From the NCBI GenBank assembly GCA_963828735.1, contig CAWHFW010000004.1, positions 215,863 through 279,862 on the forward strand: DNA of 64,000 nt, written 5' to 3'. The stretch is from an uncultured Gemmatimonadales bacterium (GTDB lineage: Bacteria; Gemmatimonadota; Gemmatimonadetes; Gemmatimonadales; GWC2-71-9). Below are positions 11,631 to 21,152 of the stretch, piece after piece. The translations under genes and the position numbers were made by a program. A model generated the notes under the pieces. The model searched no databases, had not been told where the DNA came from, and worked only from the letters and a program-made list of their open reading frames with translations. Numbering within the stretch: position 1 is the first letter of the stretch; each line of letters opens with the position of its first letter.

Positions 11631-13268
11631 GTGCGGGCTCTGGTCGTCTTCGGCCGGCTGTTTCCGTTCGTGCTGGCCTTTCTGCTGGACCGCCGGCGGT
11701 TTCTCGTCTTCGGCCGGCCGCGCCGGCGCTCGGCGGATCATCACCGGCGGCGCGCGGATCGGCTTACCCGCACCGTGGCCGACCTCGGGCCCACCTTCAT
11801 CAAGCTGGCCCAGGTCTTCGCCACGCGGGCGGACATCCTGCCCGAGCCGTACCTCTCCACCATCAGCACGCTCACCGACCAGGTCCCGCCGCTCCCGTCG
11901 GGCGTCGCGGAGCGAGTGGTGGAGGAGGAGCTGGGGCGCGACGTCGCGCACCTGTTCGGGCGGTTCGACGCCGAGCCCCTCGCCGCGGCCTCGCTGGGCC
12001 AGGTCCACCGGGCCACGTACCAGGGTCGAGAGGTCGTGGTCAAGGTGTTACGGCCGGGCGTCGAGGCCATCGTCGCCGAAGACCTGGACGTGTCCTTCCG
12101 CATTCTCTTCGTCCTCAACGTCCTGTTTCCCAACCACCACACGCGCGCGATCACCGCGATCGTGAGCGAGTTCGCCAAGCGGGTGCGGGACGAGCTCGAT
12201 TTCCGCGAGGAAGCCAGGAACGCCACCACCCTCCGGCGCAACTTCCAGGCGGAGCCCAGGGTCGTCGTGCCCGAGGTCGTGACGGAGCTGGTAACGCGGC
12301 GCGTGCTCGTGCTCGAGTACGTGGAGGGGACGCGCATCGATCGCCTGCGGGACCGGCTCGCGTCGGGCGAGCTCGACCTGCAGCGGCTGATCGAGACGGT
12401 GGTCGACGCGTACATCAAGATGATGCTCGAGGACGGCGCCTTTCACGCCGATCCGCACGCCGGGAACCTGCTGGTGGATCCGCAGGGGCGCCTCGTCCTG
12501 CTCGACTTCGGCATGGTGCTCGAGGTCGACCGGGAGACCCGGCGGCGGCTGCTCGAAACCGTGCTCGCGGCGGGCCGGCAGGACGTCGAAGGGGTGATCA
12601 ACGGCTTCTACGAGCTGGGCATCCTCGATCCGGACGTCGACCGCGGCACCGTGCGCGACGCGGCCCGGAGTCTCATGGCGGTCTCCCTTCGAGACGACGT
12701 CTCGCCGCGACAGATCCAGCGCCTCGTCGAGCAGGTGCTTCAGACGTTCTACGAGTGGCCCCTGATGCTGCCGTCCAACCTGGTCTACTTCGGCCGCGCG
12801 GGCGTGCTGGTGGAGGGCCTGGGACTTCGGTACGACCCGAACTTCAACGTGCTCGCCCTGGCGCGGCCCGTGCTCGACCGGGCCGCGACGCGCCTCATCC
12901 GCGGCGCGCTCGAGCAGGACCCGCGGAGCCGGATCACCGATTGGACGCAGGAAGCGCTCACGACGGTCCGGACGCTGCGAGATCTCGTGCGGCGGGTCGA
13001 GCGCGACGAGCTCCGGGTGCGCTCACACCCCAGGGACGCGCTCGAGCTTCAGCGGTTTCTCGCCCAGCAGATGCGCCGCGTGCTGCTCGCGCTGCTCGCG
13101 TTCACCATCGCGATCATCGCGAGCGTCGTGTTCGCGGCGACCCGCAGACTCGAGGTGCTCGTGGTGGGTCTGCTCATCGCATTCGGGATGTTTCTGGTGA
13201 TCTTCCTGCTGCCGACACACCTATTTCAGAACCCGCTCCGTTTCCGAAAGAATTGGCCGCCGCGGTGA
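11631..13268 (+). CDS. ABC1/UbiB (AarF) family atypical kinase with C-terminal TM helices
   Basis: LGPTFIKLAQ, PLAAASLGQVH, VVVKV, ELDF, FHADPHAGN, LLDFGM. Confidence 0.92.
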   Translation: MRALVVFGRLFPFVLAFLLDRRRFLVFGRPRRRSADHHRRRADRLTRTVADLGPTFIKLAQVFATRADILPEPYLSTISTLTDQVPPLPSGVAERVVEEELGRDVAHLFGRFDAEPLAAASLGQVHRATYQGREVVVKVLRPGVEAIVAEDLDVSFRILFVLNVLFPNHHTRAITAIVSEFAKRVRDELDFREEARNATTLRRNFQAEPRVVVPEVVTELVTRRVLVLEYVEGTRIDRLRDRLASGELDLQRLIETVVDAYIKMMLEDGAFHADPHAGNLLVDPQGRLVLLDFGMVLEVDRETRRRLLETVLAAGRQDVEGVINGFYELGILDPDVDRGTVRDAARSLMAVSLRDDVSPRQIQRLVEQVLQTFYEWPLMLPSNLVYFGRAGVLVEGLGLRYDPNFNVLALARPVLDRAATRLIRGALEQDPRSRITDWTQEALTTVRTLRDLVRRVERDELRVRSHPRDALELQRFLAQQMRRVLLALLAFTIAIIASVVFAATRRLEVLVVGLLIAFGMFLVIFLLPTHLFQNPLRFRKNWPPR

Positions 13269-13656
13269 GCGCCTCGTGGTACCGGTCGCGCCATTGGCGA
13301 AGCGAGTCGGTCGAGAGCTCGTCCAGCGTCCGCGAAACGGCGGCGACGGCGCCCATCGCCAACGACAGGCGCTCGCGCTCGAGCGTCGTAGCCGCGCCGG
13401 CGCCCTGCTCTGCCAGGGAGAACAGCACGATCTGGAGGTGGTTGTTGATGCGGTCGCGGAGCAGCGCCTGGATTTCCGCGATCAGTCGCTGGCGGATCGC
13501 GGTCGCCCGGCGGCGCAGGACCCAGAGCAGGGTGCCCTGCAGCACGCACGCGGCGAGCGCGGCGCCCGCCAGCTCCTGGGCGTCGGTGCCGAGCTCGAGC
13601 CCGAGCGGAACCAGCAGGGCCACCGACAGCGTCACCGCGACGAGATAGAGCTCCAC
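13174..13656 (-). CDS. Hypothetical 2-TM membrane protein with a degenerate HisKA/DHp-like helix
   Basis: Two hydrophobic segments followed by LLRDRINNHLQIVL; overlaps the 3' end of the ABC1 gene by ~95 nt. Confidence 0.55.
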   Translation of the reverse strand: MELYLVAVTLSVALLVPLGLELGTDAQELAGAALAACVLQGTLLWVLRRRATAIRQRLIAEIQALLRDRINNHLQIVLFSLAEQGAGAATTLERERLSLAMGAVAAVSRTLDELSTDSLRQWRDRYHEALTAAANSFGNGAGSEIGVSAAGRSPETSRMR

Positions 13657-13715
13657 GTTGGCGGCGACGTGCGTCTCGAACCGGCGCCACCAGCGGCGCC
13701 GATGGGCAGGAAGAT

Positions 13716-13735
13716 GCCCCCCCTTGCGGGGGGGC
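13716..13735 (-). terminator. GC hairpin downstream of the peptidoglycan-binding protein gene
   Basis: GCCCCCCC-ttgc-GGGGGGGC; short ATCTT tail on the minus strand. Confidence 0.55.
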
Positions 13736-13763
13736 GGGATGAGCGGGAACTGCGGAGGCCTGG

Positions 13764-14129
13764 TCAGGCGGACTTAAGCTTGGCGAGGACGTTCTCGTCC
13801 AGCTGTCCGGTGACGGGCATCTTGTTCTTCTTCTGGTATTCCTTGAGCGCCTTGTGGGTGTCGGCGTTGAAGGTCCCGTCCACCTTTCCCTTGTAGAGCC
13901 CTTCCTTGGCCAGCCCCTCCTGGGCTTCCTTGACCTCTGCCTTGGTCCACGAGGCCTGCTTCGTGGTGGACGTGGCCGTGGCGCTGGTCGACGCCTTCTT
14001 GGCCGTGTCCGACGCGTGACTCGTGGCGGGCTTGGAAGCCGGCTGTTGGTTCGCGCTGGACTGGGCAGCGAGGACGCTGGTCGAGAGGGTCAGGGCTGCC
14101 ATGGCGGCGACGAGAGCGAGCGTGCGCAT
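13764..14129 (-). CDS. Secreted peptidoglycan-binding (PG_binding_1-like) protein
   Basis: Signal peptide MRTLALVAAMAALTLSTSVLA, S/T/A/K-rich linker, VKEAQEGLAKEGLYKGKVDG..ALKEYQKKNKMPVTGQLD; RBS GAGGAGG. Confidence 0.88.
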   Translation of the reverse strand: MRTLALVAAMAALTLSTSVLAAQSSANQQPASKPATSHASDTAKKASTSATATSTTKQASWTKAEVKEAQEGLAKEGLYKGKVDGTFNADTHKALKEYQKKNKMPVTGQLDENVLAKLKSA

Positions 14130-14195
14130 CGTGTTTCCTCCTCGGGAGTGCGGCATGGCCTCCGGAGTGGAGACCACGATCGACCCACCGGAAAG

Positions 14196-14210
14196 GCAAT
14201 CCATGTGCCA
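14196..14210 (-). promoter_or_regulatory. sigma54 -24/-12 promoter for the PG-binding protein gene
   Basis: Minus strand TGGCAC-ATGGA-TTGC, exact consensus; predicted +1 near 14184. Confidence 0.85.
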
Positions 14211-14268
14211 TGCGAAGGGGAGCCAAATGAGGCCTCGTGAGGGGAGACGGAGCGGGTCGGGCGAGGAT

Positions 14269-14308
14269 GGCGCGCCACTCTGTCCGTTGACGGACAGACT
14301 GGCGCGCC
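14269..14308. promoter_or_regulatory. 19-bp inverted repeat containing two candidate bEBP upstream activator boxes
   Basis: GCGCCActcTGTCCG (14272-14286) and CGGACAgacTGGCGC (14291-14305), 59-98 bp upstream of the -24 element. Confidence 0.65.
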
Positions 14309-14314
14309 GCATGG

Positions 14315-15736
14315 CTACTCGAAACGGCGGGGGAGGTTCCAGCGCAGGATCATGCGACTCAGCGTCCGGCGGCTGATGCCCAGGACACGCGAGGTTTCGT
14401 CGCGATTGCCGCGCATCGCGCCGAGGACGCGAAGGACGTGGTCCCGATCGATGTCCTCGAGGGACCGCAGCGGGCTCGAGGCCGCGGGGTCGGCAGCGGC
14501 CACCGCGGCCGGCACGCCGAACGAGCCGCGTGGAGCGCGCACATCGGGCGGCAGGTGCTCCGGGCCGATCACGTCCTGCTCGGCGAGCAGCATGGCGCGC
14601 TCCAGCACGTTCTGCAGCTCCCGGATGTTGCCCGGCCAGTCGTAAGCGAGCAGTCGCCGCTGCGCTTCGGGATCGACCGCCACGGGGCCGCGGCCGTGGC
14701 GCGCGGCGAGCTCGCGCAGGAAGTGGTCGATGAGGAGCGGAATGTCCTGCGGACGCGCCCTGAGCGGCGGCAGCGTGAGCGTGACGACATTCAGCCGATA
14801 GTACAGATCGTCACGGAACCGACCCTGGCGGACGAGTTCTGGCAGATCCCGGTGCGTCGCGGCCAGCACGCGTACGTCCACGCGGACCGGGGTTTCCGAG
14901 CCCACCGGCACGATCTCGTGCTCCTGCAGGGCCCGGAGCAGTCGCGCCTGCAGGCCGGGCGAGATGTCGCCGATCTCGTCGAGGAACAGCGTCCCGCGGT
15001 CGGCCTCGCGGAAGAGGCCGGGACGTGCGGCGGCAGCGCCCGTGAAGGCCCCGCGCACGTGGCCGAACAGCTCGCTCTCGAGCAACCCTTCGGCGAGCGC
15101 GGAGCAGTTGACCGCCACGAACCGGCGGTCGGCGCGCTCGGAGAAGTGGTGTATGGTGCGGGCCACGAGCTCCTTGCCCGTGCCGGTCTCGCCGAGCACC
15201 AGCACGGTAGCCTGCGACGGCGCGACGCGCGCCAGCGTCTTCATCACCTCGATGATGGCGGGGCTGTGTCCCACCAGCGCCGGCCCCGCCGAGCGACCGC
15301 CGGAGTCTCCCTCGCTGGACGATCCGCGGTCACGCCGCACGCCGGCGAGCCGGCGCCGACCGAGCGAGCGGGCCAGCGTCTCGCGGAGCGCCGCGAGGTC
15401 GTACGGCTTGCTGATGAAGTCGTACGCGCCGGCGCGGATGGCCTCGCCTGCCGCGCCGGCGTCGCCGAAGGCGGTGAGCACGAGGATCAGCGCCGCGGGG
15501 TCGCGCTCCCGGAGCGTACGCAGCAGGTCGAGCCCGCTCTTGCCGGGCATGCGCAGGTCCGTCAGTACGGCGTCGAACGGGCCGTTGTCGTTCACCTTGG
15601 TGAGCGCCTCGTCCGCCGAGAGCGCCGGCACGACGTCGTACGCCTCGCGCTCGAGCACCTCGGCGAGCAGGCGGCACGCCTCCTCGTCGTCGTCCACGAG
15701 CAGGAGTCTGGCGCGGGTGAGGGTCGGCGCGGTCAT
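14315..15736 (-). CDS. NtrC-family sigma54-dependent response regulator (REC-AAA+-HTH)
   Basis: LLLVDDD, TDLRMP, GETGTGKE, ESELFGH, GAFTGA, LFLDEIG, WPGNIRELQN, Fis-type HTH. Confidence 0.96.
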   Translation of the reverse strand: MTAPTLTRARLLLVDDDEEACRLLAEVLEREAYDVVPALSADEALTKVNDNGPFDAVLTDLRMPGKSGLDLLRTLRERDPAALILVLTAFGDAGAAGEAIRAGAYDFISKPYDLAALRETLARSLGRRRLAGVRRDRGSSSEGDSGGRSAGPALVGHSPAIIEVMKTLARVAPSQATVLVLGETGTGKELVARTIHHFSERADRRFVAVNCSALAEGLLESELFGHVRGAFTGAAAARPGLFREADRGTLFLDEIGDISPGLQARLLRALQEHEIVPVGSETPVRVDVRVLAATHRDLPELVRQGRFRDDLYYRLNVVTLTLPPLRARPQDIPLLIDHFLRELAARHGRGPVAVDPEAQRRLLAYDWPGNIRELQNVLERAMLLAEQDVIGPEHLPPDVRAPRGSFGVPAAVAAADPAASSPLRSLEDIDRDHVLRVLGAMRGNRDETSRVLGISRRTLSRMILRWNLPRRFE

Positions 15737-17190
15737 GCGATCTCCTCGATGGGCAGGGTCAGGCGCCAGCGGACGCCGCGGGCGCTAGGGACGTGGACGA
15801 GGTCACCGCCCAGCATGCGGGCGAGGCGCCGGCTGACCGCGAGGCCAAGGCCGGAGCCGAGGGGACCCTTGGTGGTGGAGAACGGTCGAAAGAGATTGGA
15901 CTCGGCCTCATCGTCGAGGCCGGGGCCATCGTCCTGGACGTCGATGTAGGCGTGATTGTCGGCCAGCCCGGTGGCGATCGAGACCGTCCCGCCGTCCGGC
16001 AGCGCCTCGACCGAGTTCTTGAGCAGGTTGAGCAGGATCTGCTCGACCATGGCCGGATCGCACGTGGCGAGGACCGGCCGCCCGCCGTCGAGCGCCAGCT
16101 CCGCGCGGACGCCGGCGTCGGTGAACGACGGCTCGAGGAATCGCGCCATCCGCACCGCGATCTCGTTCAGATCCTGTCGCCGCACCAGGGGCCGCGGCCA
16201 CGGGCCGCGGTTGAGGCCCGCGCGCACGATGCCCGCCACCCGATCGACCTGCGCGAGCAGGAGCCGCACGCGCTCGACGCCCTTGGCGTCCTGCTGGCCC
16301 TCGAAATCGTCGCGCAGCAGCTGGAGGTGGCCGCTCACCGTGTTGAGCGGGGTGCCGATCTCGTGTGCGAACATCGCGGCCGTCTCGTGCATCAGTGCGA
16401 GGCGGTCCAGGCCGCGGGCCCGCTCCTCGAGCGTCAGGAGCATGGCGCGAGCGGCGCTCTCGCGCTCGCGGGCCGAGAGCGCCTCGCGCATCTGGTTGTA
16501 CCGGCGGGTCAGCTCGCGAAACTCGCGTGGGCCGATCTCGGGGGCGTCCGGTGCGCCGGTGGCGCCGCCGTGCGCGCCCGCCATCGCGGTGCCGAGCGCG
16601 GCCAGTGGACGACCGACCCATCGCGCCGTCAGCACCGCCACGAAGAGCGCGACCAGGAGAGCCGAGATCAGGGCGAGCAGGTAGCCGCGGCGCCGCTCCA
16701 GCCGGGCCCAGTCCAGCAACCGGCGCGTCGAGACGCGCACGTCGAGCACCCCGAACATGCGCGGCATGCCGAGCGGCACGGCGACCTCCCAGCCGGGCGC
16801 CTCCCCCTGGTGAAGCATGACCTCGGTGGCCCGGTGCGCGAGCGCGGCGTACGCCACACGGCTGGCGGAGGTCGTATCGCTCGCGCCGCTCGCGGCGACG
16901 GGCGAGAGGTGCCTGGCGTGGACGAGGTAGACGATCGCCTGGGAGTCGTTGGTGCGGTGGCGGGCCCACCCTTCGAGGCCCTGTCCGAGGCTGGTCGAGT
17001 CGCCGTGCGGAGCGCTGCGGACGAGCAGCGACGCCAGGGTATTCGCCAGCGCGACCGTCTCCAGCCGGAAATCCTCGAGGCGCGTGCGCCCCGACCACCA
17101 GAGGGCGATCTCGGTCGCTCCGGTCACGAGCAGGATGGCCATGACGGCCGTGAGCACGGCGAGCCGCCGTGGCAGGCCCATGGGCATCAT
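15733..17190 (-). CDS. Membrane sensor histidine kinase (periplasmic domain, HAMP, HisKA, HATPase)
   Basis: Two TM helices, FAHEIGTPL H-box, NLLKNSVEA, DDGPGL, GSGLGL; ATGA overlap with the regulator; start at 17190, 17187 or 17181. Confidence 0.92.
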   Translation of the reverse strand: MMPMGLPRRLAVLTAVMAILLVTGATEIALWWSGRTRLEDFRLETVALANTLASLLVRSAPHGDSTSLGQGLEGWARHRTNDSQAIVYLVHARHLSPVAASGASDTTSASRVAYAALAHRATEVMLHQGEAPGWEVAVPLGMPRMFGVLDVRVSTRRLLDWARLERRRGYLLALISALLVALFVAVLTARWVGRPLAALGTAMAGAHGGATGAPDAPEIGPREFRELTRRYNQMREALSARERESAARAMLLTLEERARGLDRLALMHETAAMFAHEIGTPLNTVSGHLQLLRDDFEGQQDAKGVERVRLLLAQVDRVAGIVRAGLNRGPWPRPLVRRQDLNEIAVRMARFLEPSFTDAGVRAELALDGGRPVLATCDPAMVEQILLNLLKNSVEALPDGGTVSIATGLADNHAYIDVQDDGPGLDDEAESNLFRPFSTTKGPLGSGLGLAVSRRLARMLGGDLVHVPSARGVRWRLTLPIEEIA

Positions 17191-17529
17191 GCGCGGCGCC
17201 CCGGGGCGACGAGCCGACGGTCGGGGGCCCGATCCATTACCGCGGGTCGCCGGATGCGCCGGCGGCGTCCGGAGAACTGGTGTCCGGAGAACTATGGAAA
17301 GCGGGACCAGTGGCTGGCATGCGTGCGGACCTGGCTTCCATGACGGAGGCGACGCCCCCGCTGCGTCCGGCGGACGAGGCGTCCCGCGCTGGGGCGGGTC
17401 GTCGTCCCGGCCCGGAACGGAAATGTAGCGGCCTGGGAGGCGACCTTGCCGCCAGCGCTTCCTGCGTCGAGCGGCGTCTTGTACGCTCAGCACCGGCCAG
17501 CCCCCAGGGAGGCGAACGCGTGCTGGAGG

Positions 17530-17544
17530 GCAAGAACACGGCCA
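17530..17544 (-). promoter_or_regulatory. Second sigma54 -24/-12 promoter, directed toward the HK-RR operon
   Basis: Minus strand TGGCCG-TGTTC-TTGC; predicted +1 near 17518. Confidence 0.7.
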
Positions 17545-17597
17545 ATGGTGAAAGTGCTTGTGGGACGGCAGATTTCGGTTCCTTTGCTCGCGGGCAT

Positions 17598-17642
17598 GGG
17601 ACGATTTGGCCCGCATCCAGGCCACTCGGGCCAAGATGTCCG
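17598..17642. promoter_or_regulatory. Second pair of candidate bEBP boxes (same motif as 14272-14305)
   Basis: GGGACGattTGGCCC (17598-17612) and GGGCCAagaTGTCCG (17628-17642), 54-98 bp upstream of the -24 element. Confidence 0.62.
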
Positions 17643-17669
17643 CGCCACCATTGACTGCCGGCCGCATAC

Positions 17670-18260
17670 GTGAACCTGGAAAGCCTGATCCTTCACTACG
17701 GCCTCGTCGCGGTCTTCCTTGGTGCCGCGCTGGAAGGCGATTTCACCCTCATCCTCGCCGGCGTCGTAGCCCACCTCGGCTACTTCCCGTTCCCCCTGGC
17801 CGTCGCCGCCGGCGCCGTCGGGAGCATACTCGGTGATCTCGCCTGGTACGGGCTCGGACGGACCCACGGACGATGGTTCCGATCGGGTCGGCTGTACCGG
17901 CGGGTCGGGCCCCGGATCGAGTCCCTGGCGCGCCGCTTCGGGAGCGCGCAGCTCCTCGCGGCGCGATTCGTCTACGGGACCAAGGCCGCCAGCATGGTAT
18001 TCTGGGGCCTTCACGACATGCCGCTCGCCAAGTTCCTGCTGGTGGACGGGATCGGGGCGCTGATCGGGTCCTTCGTGTTCTCCGGCCTGGGCTACCTCGT
18101 GAGCGGAAGCGCGACCCTGCTGCTGGGGAAGGTGCGGCGGGTTCAGTTCTGGCTGCTCGGGGCGCTGGTCATCGGCATCGTGCTGGTCGTCGTGATCCAT
18201 TTTACGGCCAAGAAGGAGCTGCAGCTCGAGAACGGGGACGGCGGCCTCGACACCGAATAG
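17670..18260 (+). CDS. DedA/SNARE-associated family membrane protein
   Basis: YGLVAVFLGAALEGD, GDLAWYGLGR, LLAARFVYG. Confidence 0.88.
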   Translation: MNLESLILHYGLVAVFLGAALEGDFTLILAGVVAHLGYFPFPLAVAAGAVGSILGDLAWYGLGRTHGRWFRSGRLYRRVGPRIESLARRFGSAQLLAARFVYGTKAASMVFWGLHDMPLAKFLLVDGIGALIGSFVFSGLGYLVSGSATLLLGKVRRVQFWLLGALVIGIVLVVVIHFTAKKELQLENGDGGLDTE

Positions 18261-18297
18261 ACCCCCGTCCTGCAGGAAGTTGCGGCCGAGGCGGCGC

Positions 18298-18326
18298 TTG
18301 CGACGATCCTGCCCTCGGGCGACTTT
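18298..18326 (+). promoter_or_regulatory. Putative leaderless sigma70-type promoter of the meaB-mutase operon
   Basis: TTGCGA-N17-GACTTT-N6-ATG(18333), no Shine-Dalgarno. Confidence 0.5.
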
Positions 18327-18332
18327 TCCCCC

Positions 18333-19384
18333 ATGGATCCCGACCTCCTGCTCGCGGGCCTGCAGGCCGGCAATACTGCGGCCTTGGCCCGCGCGATCTC
18401 GGTGGTCGAGAACCGGCGTCCCGGGTTCGAGCGCCTGCTGGCCGACGTCCACCGGTTCATCGGGCGGGCCCGCCGCATCGGAATCACCGGCCCGCCCGGC
18501 GCGGGCAAGTCCACACTCGTCGAACGCATGGTAGCCGCCTACCGGCACGTTGGATTGCGGGTGGCGGTCGTGGCCGTCGATCCTACCAGCCCCTTCACCG
18601 GCGGCGCGCTGCTTGGCGACCGCATCCGCATGGAATCCGTGGCGCTCGACCAGGGGGTCTACATCCGGTCGATGGGAAGCCGCGGGTCCCTCGGCGGTCT
18701 GGCCACCACCACGCGCGAGGTGTGTGACCTGCTTGATGCCGCGGGTTTCGAGCGCATCCTGATCGAAACCGTCGGCGTCGGACAGAGCGAGCTCGACGTC
18801 GCGCGCATGGCCGATACCACGGTCCTCGTCCTCGTGCCCGAGTCGGGCGACGGCATCCAGACCCTCAAGTCCGGGGTGATGGAGATCGCCGACCTGTTCG
18901 TCGTGAACAAGGCGGACCGCCCCGGAGCGGAGAAGCTGCGCCAGGAAATCGAAGTCACGCTCGGCATCCGCCGCGGCAACGCGTTCCGGAACGTGCCGGC
19001 GCATCACGGTCGAGCAGTCGGACGGCCGGGCAAGCGCGCCGGGGATGCGGGCGCCGCGGACCAGGTGACCGCGCCGCCGTCCTGGGATCAACCGGTGGTC
19101 CTCAGCGTGGCGGCCAAGGGTGAGGGCGTGGGGGAGCTGATCGGCGCCCTCGACCGGCACTCCGCGTGGCTCGCCGAGAGCGGCACGCTCGAGGGGCGCC
19201 GCCGCCGGCGTCTGCTCGATCGGACCCGCGAGGTGGTGGACCGGGCCACGCGGCGCTGGCTGTGGGAAGAGACTCGCGCCGACGAGCGCATCAACGAACG
19301 GCTGGACGAGATCGTGGCCGGGCGCGTCAGTCCCTACGAGGTGGCGGCGGAAGTGCTGGACGGGCTCAAGCAGGGAGAGCGGAT

Positions 19385-19388
<4 letters not shown>
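18333..19388 (+). CDS. meaB: MeaB/ArgK GTPase, chaperone of B12-dependent mutases
   Basis: [48 protein letters not shown]. Confidence 0.95.
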
Positions 19389-21097
<1,709 letters not shown>

Positions 21098-21152
21098 CGG
21101 CCGACGCACGGCCGCCAGGGCAGGAAACGGACGGGGACGCACCCGGACGGCG

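Noticed and set aside
14269..14308. Inverted repeat as a simple intrinsic terminator of the regulator gene
   Set aside because: No U-tract follows it, and the same motif recurs at 17598-17642 with different spacing and orientation, which favours protein-binding sites; a dual role is not excluded.
18261..18332. Cobalamin riboswitch upstream of the B12 mutase operon
   Set aside because: The intergenic space is only ~70 nt, has no B12 box, and the promoter appears leaderless.
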